From the NCBI GenBank assembly GCA_964016885.1, contig OZ024742.1:15438001-15502000 (forward strand): DNA of 64,000 nt, given 5' to 3'. The translations under genes and the position numbers were made by a program. Positions 13,101 to 24,815 of the stretch are shown in pieces. A model generated the notes under the pieces. It worked only from the letters and a program-made list of their open reading frames with translations. It had not been told where the DNA came from and did no database searches. Every line of letters begins with the position of its first letter. Within the stretch, counting starts at the first letter, position 1. Source of the stretch: Eledone cirrhosa (Eukaryota).

Positions 13101-13190
13101 TATGGACACGTGATGCGCATGAAAGTCGATAGCTGTATAACAAAGTGCAGGGCAATAAAGATAGACGGTAGTCACGGAATAGGGGGCTAG
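10140..13190 (+). CDS. RTE polyprotein: AP-like endonuclease + reverse transcriptase with embedded Cys4-His-Cys3 finger; C-terminus cut short by a small frameshift near 13185
   Basis: Motifs TINVGTL, IQETRW, AYAPQ, GDLNGH, QVDYIL, FVDLEKAFD, GVHQGSVLSP, YADD, YLG, WYGHV. ATG at 10140. The GRPRKTW motif seen in sister copies is out of frame here. Confidence 0.92.
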   Translation: MPKIKTNSPLGRECEHSSLFRPRTANITPSPPAPHRPQPPNAIQNFRVGTINVGTLKGRANEVVEMLERKEVDVCCIQETRWRGGSARFIEGKKRCYKLFWVGNDDGLGGVGIMVAEKWADKIIDVNRVNDRIIKIRLVLNRTTVTVISAYAPQSGLPGTIKDRFYETLMLTTSQISDSDYIIIAGDLNGHVGQHCDGYDEIHGGYGFGTRNEEGSRILEFCDANNLTICNTNFKKRDNHLITYRSGEHTSQVDYILTRRRDRVSVVNTKSLPHEECTSQHRLIISDLIVRTRRTRQQKRTVLRRKIWKLKDPTARNKFQSILLDAFDSKEEHLESDNIEGEWEFMKANLLLATDKVCGWSRPVGRRRITWWWNSKVEGSIKAKKQAWKVWRDGGSREDYQVARREARRQVYLARREAEERKFKHVLQRDDQKREVFRIARQCVKENRDIVGEKCVLNDDGTLAITDADKKVAWKCHYERLLNEENKWEKDSLPHIDPIEGPAVLVEGSIISKAIKDMKTGKAAGPSEIVAEMLKASGTVGHTMVTRIVNQVVQNGVVPKDWHSSIIVNCYKGKGDALDRSNYRGIKLIDQVMKVTEKVIAQLIRERIDLDEMQFGFVSGKSTTDALFIVRQLQEKYLAKGKPLYLAFVDLEKAFDRVPRSIIWWALRKLGVDEWLVRAIQAMYKETVSKVRINNEYSEEFSVKVGVHQGSVLSPLLFIIALQAITEEFKTGCPWELLYADDLTLIAESMAELEKKFQTWKHGLESKGLKINLAKTKVLVCRKENKAAVPSGKWSCSVCRKGVGRNSILCPKCKVWVHKRCSGITGKLTKNIDFTCGRCSGAISSSKCPQNTSSFNCAEGSIEIVDSFRYLGDKISSGGGCSESTVARVRTGWKKFRELIPLLAAKGFSLKMKGRLYDACIRTAMLHGSETWALCAEDIRRLERNEACMLRWMCNSNIRERQSINELRKKLEIRGIRCCLLERRLRWYGHVMRMKVDSCITKCRAIKIDGSHGIGG

Positions 13191-13704
13191 AAAAACCTGG
13201 GACGAGCTGATAAACTCCGACATCACACACTTACACCTCTCCAAGACAATGTCACTGGACCGAGACCTTTGGCGGTACTCAGTAACAGAGAAGACCCGCC
13301 TTACCTAAATATATAGTAAAACCTACTCCAGCCAGTAGGCATCTCTAACAAAATACACCCCGTCCCACCCCCACCACCCCCACCCCATCCACACCACCCC
13401 GTTCTATGTAAAGTTATGTTGGTGCCGCGCCATCGAGGCCGAAACAAATGAGATCGTGTAGGTGTCACGACAAAAAAACACACAGTCCACGCTGTAATGT
13501 GGCCATGTAGGCAACACGGTAAAAACCTCCCAGACCCACACTGTAAATGTGGTTGGTGTTAGGAAGGGCATCCAACTGTAGAAAACCTGCCAGACAGTCC
13601 TATGCGAGCAAGACAATCACTCTTGCCTCAAGTGGGACTACCCCCGTCCAAACCCATGCAAGCGTGGAACACGGACGTTAAACGTTGATGATGATGATGA
13701 TGAT
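10140..13704 (+). mobile_element. RTE-clade LINE, family A, near full length (5' boundary uncertain), with ~400-bp 3' region and (GAT)n tail
   Basis: Single ORF with APE endonuclease and RT, followed by the terminal CCATGCAAGCGTGGAA..GGACGTTAAAC(GAT)n and then (TA)n. Confidence 0.95.
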
Positions 13705-13711
13705 ATACATA

Positions 13712-13796
<85 letters not shown>

Positions 13797-13944
13797 ATAC
13801 TTTGGGAGGGTCATGTTGCCAATAAGAAACACACGCACCAGTTGCTTTCACTTCAATTTATTATAATAAATTTATAATAAATTTATAAATTTATAAATTT
13901 CTGGTTGGTTGGTTGGTTCCACAACCAGATAGTTGTTTATATAT

Positions 13945-13989
13945 TGTCATAGTTCTTTCGTCACACACTCTGTGACCTCTTCAGTGACT
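13945..13989 (-). ncRNA. Minimal type I hammerhead ribozyme in PLE-A pseudo-LTR
   Basis: Minus strand reads GTCA CTGAAGA G GTCACA-gagtg-TGTGAC GAAA GAA CTA TGAC. Confidence 0.75.
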
Positions 13990-14160
13990 GGGGATTCCTT
14001 TCTTTGTTTCTGTGCCTCCTTTGTTCTGTCCTACGCCATTTTGTTTCTGTGTGTGTGTTGTGTGCTCAGTCTGCGCATACGCCACATCCGGGTGTCTGTG
14101 TGTTTATGTTCATTTATTTATTTGTTTATTTACATGTTACTGGTTGGTTGGTTGTTCTAA

Positions 14161-17100
14161 CATAAGCGTAACCTAATACAAGAAATAGCTAGGATCACCA
14201 CACCAAGAGAGAAACTAATATTTATAAGCCTTATACGTCCTGAAGAACAGTACATTACTCAAGAATGTGATAAGCATTTTAACAAGAAACTAAAGTGGCT
14301 TAAGCAGATAAAGCTAAATCAGGATACTATAGAGAATACCAATAGATATCCCGACAAAATTGACGGTATAAATATGGCCGACACCTCATTAACAGACGAG
14401 TTCAACAACAACACAAATATATACGGCAACACAATAATAGATGACGATGAGTTATCTGTATTATGTCTACCCCCGAAATTTGCGACATTCAAGAAGGTAA
14501 ATATGATTAGTTGTCTGTCAGAAATAGAAAAATCATTTACAAAACTACGCTGGAGCCTCAAAAACAAAAGCAACAATGTACGCACACACATATACAACAC
14601 ACATCCCAACAACAACAGACACAAACAACAATAACAACAACACACACACCAACAACAACAACAACAATAATAACATACCCAGAAACAACAACAACAGACA
14701 CGCAGATACAAACAGCAATAACAACACGCACAACAATAATAACACACACGGAGACAACAACAACACACATCAACAACAGCACACATCAACAACAACAACA
14801 CACACACATTCAATGCCTCTCACCACCACCACAATCTTAACAAACACACAGACACAGAAAACAAGTAATGACAGTAGCACAGAAATCACAGAAATAAGGG
14901 AAAGTAATATGATTAAAAGGAGAAGGGAGACTAAGGACAAAGAAAATAACCAAGACGAACACACAGACACACAAAATAGGGTAGATAACAACAATGAGCC
15001 AGTAGAAAGAGACAGGAGTAATTATGAGAGACAAAGAAACAACCATAAGGCCGTTGGTGGAAATAGAAATAGAGACAACACAACTAACAATAACAATAGC
15101 ACTAGTACACATAAAGTAGCAGCCTGGAACTCTACTTTTTATAATCCCTCCGATAAATCGTTCGACCTGCGACGAGTCCACGCCACGACTTTACCATTTA
15201 ACAAACGCACACAATTGCCGTCGCAGGTCGATGAACAAACAGAAGCACAATTTAGTATAGCTAGATCCGAACTTAGAAATATTATAGAACAGTATAGCAA
15301 GAAGCATAATAGAATGGAGGCCCAGCAACTGGGAGAAAAATCTGCAAATGGCTTGCGTAAGCTCATGCAGCGCTCGCGTAATGGAGAGATAGCATGCTTT
15401 CCAACAGACAAGTCTGGCAGAATGTCGGTTGACAGCCTGCCAAATTACATCCAGGCAATGCAACCCCACATCACTAACACAAGAGAGGTAACACCACAGG
15501 AGCATGAGGATAGAGAAAAAGCCCTCAATGCCCATATGGTGATGTGGACGAATATAATGCAGCCCAACAAAAGGACTGCCAACAACTTCCAGGCCTGGAA
15601 CAATGACGTGCCGGCGTTGTATGGGTTTCGAAAAGACCATAAAACGGACAGTGACCCTGTCGCGGGACCACCAACACGGCCAGTCTGTGGAGCTAACATT
15701 GCTAGTAACTACAGACTGTCCTACTTCCTCTCCCTGATCATACGCCCCATCATTGAAATGTCCCCAGATGTATGTGACAGCACGGAGGACCTCCTCAGCA
15801 AAATCGGCGAGAGTAACCGATCTAGGGACCTAACAAACTGCATAATAGGTAGTATGGATGTTGTGTCCCTGTATCCATCTATTGACGTGGATTTTGCTGT
15901 GGAGAAATGCGTAGAAATGATCAGTGAGAGCAATGTTGAGTTCCGTGGGATTGATACCAGTGAGCTGGGACTCCTACTTAAACTTACCTATAGTAATAAT
16001 TACCTAGACACATATGACCTTAGCAACTTGTGCCCTACAAGACCAGCAAGAGGCAGACAACCTACCATTACCTCAATGGCCAAGAAAACCCACACAGATA
16101 GATGGAACGGGTGGACCAGAGCCATACGGACACCCGAAAACCACGATGAACTGAAGAAAATGATTGCACATGCGGTAGGGGCCAGCATAAAACTAACCCT
16201 TAAGGAACATATGTTCAAATTTAATGGAAAAACATATGCCCAAGAGGAAGGAGCAGCCACATCGTAGTTAAGACACCCCCACTAGAGAACAGTCAGGAAC
16301 TAGAGAAAAACAATGGAAAGCATCCAGCAAATAGCTAACTCCATCCACCAGAGCATTAGAGTTACTATAGACTAACCAAGTAAACACCCCAACCATCGAT
16401 TACCTGTACTAGACACAGAGCTCTGGTTAGATACCATTAATAATAAAAAAACAAATCCTCCATTCCCATTATGCCAAACCCATGACTTCCAAACATCTGA
16501 TCCACCGAAACCCGGCCGTTTCGGTCCATACCAAAATCAACATACTGATTGCGGATTTGGTACGGGTGATGAGAAACATGTCCCGCATGTGCAACCCCGA
16601 AGAACTAGAGAGACACATACAACACTTCATCCACCGTATGCAGTTCTCTGGCTACAATCAGAGAGATAAAATCAGAGTGTATAGAGGAGCCAGAACCAAA
16701 TGGGAAAAAATGGTTAATAATGACATAAACGGCACCTGCCCCTTGTATAGGAGCAAATTTTGGAATAGAATAGAAAGAACTAGGAACAAGGCTAATAGAA
16801 TAAACTCATGGTATGATAGCAATAAATACCAGAGTGTAATGTTCATCGATACAACCCCTAGAGGTGAATTAGCTTACAAATTTAGAAGGGCCCTAAATAA
16901 ACATAAACTCAATATTAAGATAGTAGAAAGATCAGGTACCTCCGTAAAAACACTTATTAGCAAGACATACGCTTTTCAAAGACCCTCATGTATAGACAAG
17001 AAATGTATAACCAGTAAAATAAGCCCCCATATTAACTGTAAAACTAGAAATGTAGTGTATAGCATAAGATGTACTGAAGGACAATGGAGAGACAAAAATA

Positions 17101-17372
17101 TAGTGTACATAGGTGAGACAGCTCGTAGTGTAGGGGAACGGATAAATGAACACTGGCGAGACCTTCAAGATAGTAAAGAATCAGCTGTACTCTACCAACA
17201 TGCTAAAATAGAAGACAAGGGTAAATTAGAGAACATAGAAATAAAAATAGAATCTACACACAGAAAAGACGCAATGTTTAGACAAATTACAGAGGCAATA
17301 AACATAAAAGAATTACACCCAAAATTAAATATAAAATATGAGTGGAACAGCAACATCACAACTTACAATTAA
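14161..17372 (+). pseudogene. Disrupted PLE-A RT/GIY-YIG ORF (frame change in the CAA-rich region; ~137-bp deletion at ~16259 removing the YVDD motif; further indels)
   Basis: ORF pieces 14161-14634, 14576-16267 and 16482-17372 compared with the intact segment at 24816-26471. Confidence 0.88.
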
Positions 17373-17572
17373 GGACAAAATGAAAACACACACACACATA
17401 GAACAAACAACCAACCAGTAACATGTAAATAAACAAATAAATAAATGAACATAAATACACACAGACACCCGGATGTGGCGCATGCGCAGACTGAGCACAC
17501 AACACACACACAGAAACAAAATGGCGTAGGACAGAACAAAGGAGAGGCACAGAAACAAAGAAAGGAATCCCC

Positions 17573-17617
17573 AGTCACTGAAGAGGTCACAGAGTGTGTG
17601 ACGAAAGAACAATGACA
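17573..17617 (+). ncRNA. PLE-A hammerhead copy, probably inactive (cleavage triplet CUA mutated to CAA)
   Basis: AGTCA CTGAAGA G GTCACA..TGTGAC GAAA GAA CAA TGAC. Confidence 0.65.
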
Positions 17618-17811
17618 ATATATAAACAAATATCTGGTTGTGGAACCAACCAACCAACCAGAAATTTATAAATTTATTATAATAAATTGAAGTGAAAGCA
17701 ATTGGTGCGTGTGTTTCTTATTGGCAACATGACCCTCCCAAAGTATAACAATATCGGTTTCAACACACGATTTCAGATAAAAATCTTGCTAAACAAATTC
17801 AGAAACGAAAT

Positions 17812-17822
17812 ATATATATATG

Positions 17823-17869
<47 letters not shown>

Positions 17870-17960
17870 GTATATATATATCTATATATATATGTATATA
17901 TATATACATATATATATATCTATATATATATGTATATATATATACATATATATATATATG

Positions 17961-18008
<48 letters not shown>

Positions 18009-18028
18009 CACATATATATGTATATATG

Positions 18029-18062
<34 letters not shown>

Positions 18063-18069
18063 TATATGT
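17812..18069. repeat. (TA)n microsatellite
   Basis: Direct inspection. Confidence 0.98.
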
Positions 18070-18257
18070 ATCATCGTTTAACGTCCCTGTTCCACGCTTG
18101 CATGGGTTTGGACGGGGGTTTTCCCACTTGAGGCAAGAGTGGTTGTCTTGCTTGCATAGGACCGTCTGGCGTGTTTTCTACAGCTGGATGCCCTTCCTAA
18201 CACCAACCACATTTACAGTGTGGGGCTGGGAGGTTTTTACCGTGTTGCCTACACGGC
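18070..18257 (-). mobile_element. Severely 5'-truncated RTE family A copy (3' end only)
   Basis: Reverse complement of ~13500-13690, including the GGAAGGGCATCC motif and terminal stem. Confidence 0.9.
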
Positions 18258-19106
<849 letters not shown>

Positions 19107-19665
19107 ATAAAATATTAAAAAAATAATGAACAAAACAATGAAACAGTTCCCTACATTAAACAAAAAAAGTTAATTATTTAACGATCGTTTCTAGGACATA
19201 TATGTGTTAGAATTTGCATGCATATTCAACAGATCTATGTACAGAATTATACAAAATTATACAAACTATCAAATAGAATATACATACCAACACATACATA
19301 TGCCGTCTTCAGAAATAATCGATTATTTCTGAAGACGGCATATGTATGTGTTGGTATGTATATTCTATTTGATAGTTTGTATAATTTTGTATAATTTTGT
19401 ACATAGATCTTTTGAATATGCATGCCAATTCTAACACATATATGTCCTAGAAACGATCGTTAAATAATGAACTTTTTTTGTTTAATGTAGGGAACTGTTT
19501 CATTGTTTTATTCATTATTTTTTTAATATTTTATCTTGACTCTGTATTCCGTTTATCTTTCACCGAAAGTGATTTTTGAATGCATCTCTTCTTTCCATGA
19601 TATCCGGATTACATTGAGTTCTTCATACGGATTGGACACTACCGTAAACTTTTGGTAGATTTATC
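19107..19665. repeat. Non-coding insert beginning with a near-perfect palindrome (arms 19107-19320 and 19321-19534)
   Basis: Centre AATAATC|GATTATT. The arms differ by only a few substitutions. Confidence 0.9.
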
Positions 19666-19740
19666 TACATATACATGTATATATATATATATACATATAC
19701 ATATACATATATACATGAGAGTGCCGGTTATATAGATATG

Positions 19741-19806
<66 letters not shown>

Positions 19807-19853
19807 CATATATATACATATATATATATATATATACATATATATATACATAA

Positions 19854-19902
<49 letters not shown>

Positions 19903-19906
19903 CATG

Positions 19907-20006
<100 letters not shown>

Positions 20007-20007
20007 C

Positions 20008-22683
20008 ATATCTATATAACCGGCACTCTCACGAGCGACGAGCTGAAACTCCTACACCTCAGACCCAAGTTCATCGTCTCACAACGTCTCGACGACAGAC
20101 TCAAACTCAACATCGAGGCCAACTTTTGTCGAGCCGCTTACCAACTTAAATGGGTGACCGCCATCAACAGCGCCACAGAAAATAACAGCGCCCACGCAAC
20201 CCACCCCAAGTTCCCCACTTACCACACCGACAACCCACTCCACCCCCCACCCACCAACCACGAACTCGACACTAAACTCATCAGGCTAAAACACTCCATC
20301 TCGGATATACTTCACAAACACACACACACACGCACAACACATAACCTCACCAAATCTCAACTTACCACTCTCTCCAACCTAAAATCGACGAATCTCATTT
20401 ATCTCCCCTCCGACAAGGGGAAAGAATTCTGCGTCATCAGCAGAGAGGCCTACAACACCCTGGCCCTCCAACACCTTGACGATGACAACCTCTACTCCAA
20501 GGTCACGGGAATCACTCCCGCGCAGATAGAAGAGCACATCAACGCCGCCTGGACCAACATCTGCGACCGGCGGAAGCTCCCGAAGAAGCTGAGATACAAC
20601 ATCCTCACGAGGAACAGCAGACGACCCACCTTCTACCACCTCGTGAAAACACACAAACAGGGACCCGACCTGAAGATCAGGCCCATCGTATCGAGCGTGG
20701 AGGGACCACTCTACAAAATTTCATGGCTCCTAGCCAGAATACTCAAACCCATCTTAGACACCTTGCCGGGACACGTTAACAGCTCCGAGGAGGTGTTGAA
20801 GCGCCTGCATCAAATGGATCCCGACATCAGAAGGAATAACAGATATGCCTTCAGCCTTGATGTAGTCGCTCTCTACACCTCGGTCCCGGCACTCCCGGCC
20901 GTCAATATACTGATGGAACGCGTCCAATCCACCGACCTACACTGCTTCGGGCTCACCACCACTGACATCCACCAACTCCTATCCATCGTCGTCGACAACA
21001 CCTACTTCGGATTCCTTGACCAAACATACCGACAAACCTCGGGATTGCCCATGGGATCAAGCCTATCAGGTGTGCTAGCGATCTCTTACATGGACAACCT
21101 CGAACGCAAGGCACTCAACGCCTGCCACCCCAACGCCGTAGCCCTTTTCTCAAGGTACGTGGACGATATCCTCATCCTCACATCTTCCCAAAACACGGCG
21201 AACAGAATCTATGAGACGTTCAACAACACGGACGAGAACATTGACTTCAGTGTTGAACACCCCAACGAAGACGGGTCACTTGCCCTCCTTGACTTCCGAA
21301 TCAACATCACGGAACAGGGAAGGATCCACTGCAACTTCTACCGAAAGACAGCCTGCAGGGACCTGTTCGTTCACTACAAGTCCGCCCTCCCTAACAGTGC
21401 CAAAAGAGGATACATCACGAACGAGATCGCGCGAATAAAAAACAGATGCAGCGATCCCGCGAGTGGTGTCACTCATACCAAGCGATTCCTCGAGGTGCTG
21501 GAGACGAACGGGTACCCTACCTCGATCACAGACAGAATAGGAGACACCAGACGCAAGAGACAGAGGCACCAAAGGCAAGTGCTTCCTTAAAATGCCACAC
21601 CTGGGCGAGAATACCACCAACGCTATCCGCAAGGCTATACGGAGGGAGGGCCTTGACATCCACCTGGCCCACTCGGGCCCCTCCCTGCGAAGATGCCTCT
21701 CCAGGAAACCCGGGAAATCTACTGACGCATGCTCCCTCAGAGACTGCCCGATACGCCATGCGAACTGTTGCCTACGCGCATACGTCGTGTATAAGATAGA
21801 ATATGACACGTGCAACCAATACTACATAGGTAGCACAATCCGACCTTTGCACATCCGGATCAAGGAACACACTAAAACCAGGGCCTCGTCTTTCCGGAAA
21901 CACATAGACAAATGCGGAAACAAAGACGGAAGGCCCATTGTCACAATTCTAGCGACTGAAAGAAACGTCGGCACGTTACGTATCAAGGAAGCACTTTTTA
22001 TCAAACGTCTGCAACCACAAATAAACAACCGATCAGAGAGAAGCGAAATGAGATGGCTGGTTTAAGATAAGCTAACAAACGATGCAGCAGCACACGCACA
22101 CACACACACACACAAACGAGACAACTACACACAGTAGCATTCCACCATTCGAACATACTACACTGCCAATACAGAGGAACAAGGCAACAACACACGCACA
22201 CACACACACACTCAAGCGAGACAACAAACGCACACACACACACACAGTAACATTTAACAAACAGGCAGAGAATGGACTGACAGCTAGCGCCACCCCACTC
22301 CCTCATTCGGCCGCTGACCTCTGCCCGACCGACCCCATTTCACGCGCACGCGCGCTCTGCCGAATACCTCAGATATTCAAAACAACAAACAGCGGAGGAC
22401 GCGTTTCGCACCTGTCCGACAGACAATCTTTCCCCCACCCCGGAAAAACCCCCAGTTGATGGATGTGAATTCGAAATATATAGGGACTATTAAATCTCTC
22501 CCAAGGTAACTCTCTCTCGTGTTGTTATTTTTATTTTATCCTTTATACTCTTTCCTTCATTCTTCTACACATCTCATACACACCACGCATCTCAACGTAC
22601 ACCCACTTACATCTCTCTCCCCACCACCGGATCTTGTTACCCGGAGATTTACCCATTTGCATTGTCGAGGCTTCCAAACGACT
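20008..22683 (+). mobile_element. Penelope-like element family B (Penelope/Poseidon-like), 5'-truncated
   Basis: [41 protein letters not shown], then GIY-YIG (VVYKI...YIGST). Confidence 0.92.
20154..22065 (+). pseudogene. PLE-B RT + GIY-YIG ORF split by one frameshift at ~21585
   Basis: ORFs 20154..21590 and 21592..22065 are collinear parts of one protein. Confidence 0.85.
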
Positions 22684-22690
22684 ATATATT

Positions 22691-22756
<66 letters not shown>

Positions 22757-22943
22757 TATACATATATATATATGTATATATTGTTATACTTTGGGAGGGT
22801 CATGTTGCCAATAAGAAACACACGCACCAGTTGCTTTCACTTCAATTTATTATATATTTATAAATTTATAAATTTACAAATCTACAAACTTATAAATTTC
22901 TGGTTGGTTGGTTGGTTCCACAACCAGATAGTTGTTTATATAT

Positions 22944-22988
22944 AGTCATAGTCCTTTCGTCACACACTCTGTGACCTCTTCAGTGACT
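22944..22988 (-). ncRNA. PLE-A minimal hammerhead ribozyme
   Basis: Reverse complement of 26675-26719. Confidence 0.75.
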
Positions 22989-24815
22989 GGGGATTCCTTT
23001 CTTTGTTTCTGTGCCTTTCCTTTCTTCTGTCCTACGCCATTTTGTTTCTGTGTGTGTGTTGTGTGCTCAGTTTGCGCATGCGCCACATCCGGGTGTCTGT
23101 GTGTGTTTGTGTTCATTTATCTATTTGTTTATTTATTTACATGTTGTTGGTTGGTTGTTTGTTCTATGTGTGTGTGTGTTTTCATTTTGTCCTTAATTGT
23201 AAGTTGTGATGTTGCTGTTCCACTCATATTTTATATTTAATTTTGGTTGTAATTCTTTTATGCTTACTGCCTCTGTAATTTGCCTAAACATTGCATCTTT
23301 TCTGTGTGTGGATTCTATTTTTATTTCTATGTTCTCTAATTTACCCTTGTGTTCTATCTTAGCATGTTGGTAGAGTACAGATGATTCTTTATTATCTTGA
23401 AGGTCTCGCCAGTGTTCATTTATCCGTTCCCCTATACTACGAGCTGTCTCACCTATGTACACTATATTTTTGTTTCTACATTGTCCTTCAGTACATCTTA
23501 TGCTATACACTACATTTCTAGTTTTACAGTTAATATGGGGGCTTATTTTACAGGTTATACATTTCTTATCTATACATAAGGGTCTTTGGAACGGGTATGT
23601 CTTGCTAATAAGTGTTTTTACGGAGGTACCTGGTCTTTCTACTATCTTAATATTGAGTTTATGTTTATTTAGGGCCCTTCTAAATTTGTAGGCTAGTTCG
23701 CCTCTAGGGGTTGTATTGATGAACATTACACTCTGGTATTTATTGCTATCATACCATGAGATTATTCTATTAGCCTTGTTCCTAGTTCTTTCTATTCTAT
23801 TCCAAAATTTGCTCCTATACAAGGGGCAGGTCCCATTTATGTCATTATTTACCATTTTTTCCCATTTGGTTCTGGCTCCTCTATACACTGTGATTCTATC
23901 TCTCTGGTTGTAGCCAGAGAACTGCATACGGTGGATGAAGTGTTGTATGTGTCTCTCTAGTTCTTCGGGGTTGCACATGCGGGACACATTTCTCATCACC
24001 CGTACCAAATCCGCAATCAGTATGTTGATTTTGGTATGGTCCGAAATGGCCGAGTTTCGGTGGATCAGATGTTTGGAAGTCATGGGTTTGGCATAATGGG
24101 AATGGAGGATTTGTTTTTGGTTGTTAATGGTATCTAACCAGAGCTCTGTGTCTAGTACAGGTAATCGATGGTTGGGGTGTCTACTTGGGTAGTCTATAGT
24201 AACTCTAATGCTCTGGTGGATGGAGTTTGCTATTTGCTGGATGCTTTCCATTGTGTTTTTCTCTAGTTCCTGACTGTTCCCTAGTGGGGGTGTCTTAACT
24301 ACGATGTTTATATCATCCTGGATGTAGTTTGGCAGGCTGTCAACCGACATTCTGCCAGACTTGTCTGTTGGAAAGCATGCTATCTCTCGGTTGACAGCCT
24401 GCCAAACTACATCCAGGCAATGCAACCCCACACCACTAACACAAGAGAGGTAACACCACAGGAGCATGAGGATAGAGAAAAAGCCCTCAATGCCCATATG
24501 GTGATGTGGACGAATATAATGCAGCCCAATAAAAGGACTGTCAACAACTTCCAGGCCTGGAACAATGACGTGCCGGCGTTGTATGGGCTTCGAAAAGACC
24601 ATAAAACGGGCAGTGACCCTGTCGCGGGACCACCAACACGGCCAGTCTGTGGAGCTAACATTGCTAGTAACTACAGACTGTCCTACTTCCTCTCCCTGAT
24701 CATACGCCCCATCATTGAGATGTCCCCAGATGTGTGTGACAGCACGGAGGACCTCCTCAGCAGAATCGGCGTGAGTAACTGATCTGGGGACCTAATAAAC
24801 TGCATAATAGGCAGT

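Larger units (their letters stand above)
13791..17811 (+). mobile_element. Penelope-like element family A (Cys-linker, Neptune-like), with an inverted copy of its 3' pseudo-LTR at 13791-14157
   Basis: RT motifs PTDKSG, TRPVCGA, SMDVVSLYPSI and C-terminal GIY-YIG (VVY...YIGET). 13791-14157 is the reverse complement of ~17400-17752. Confidence 0.93.

Noticed and set aside
14319-15933. Cys/Val/Leu-rich minus-strand ORFs
   Set aside because: These are antisense readings of CAA/CA-rich PLE sequence.
23193-24602. 469-aa minus-strand ORF as a separate gene
   Set aside because: It is a chimeric frame created by the inversion junctions; its N-terminus is antisense PLE sequence.
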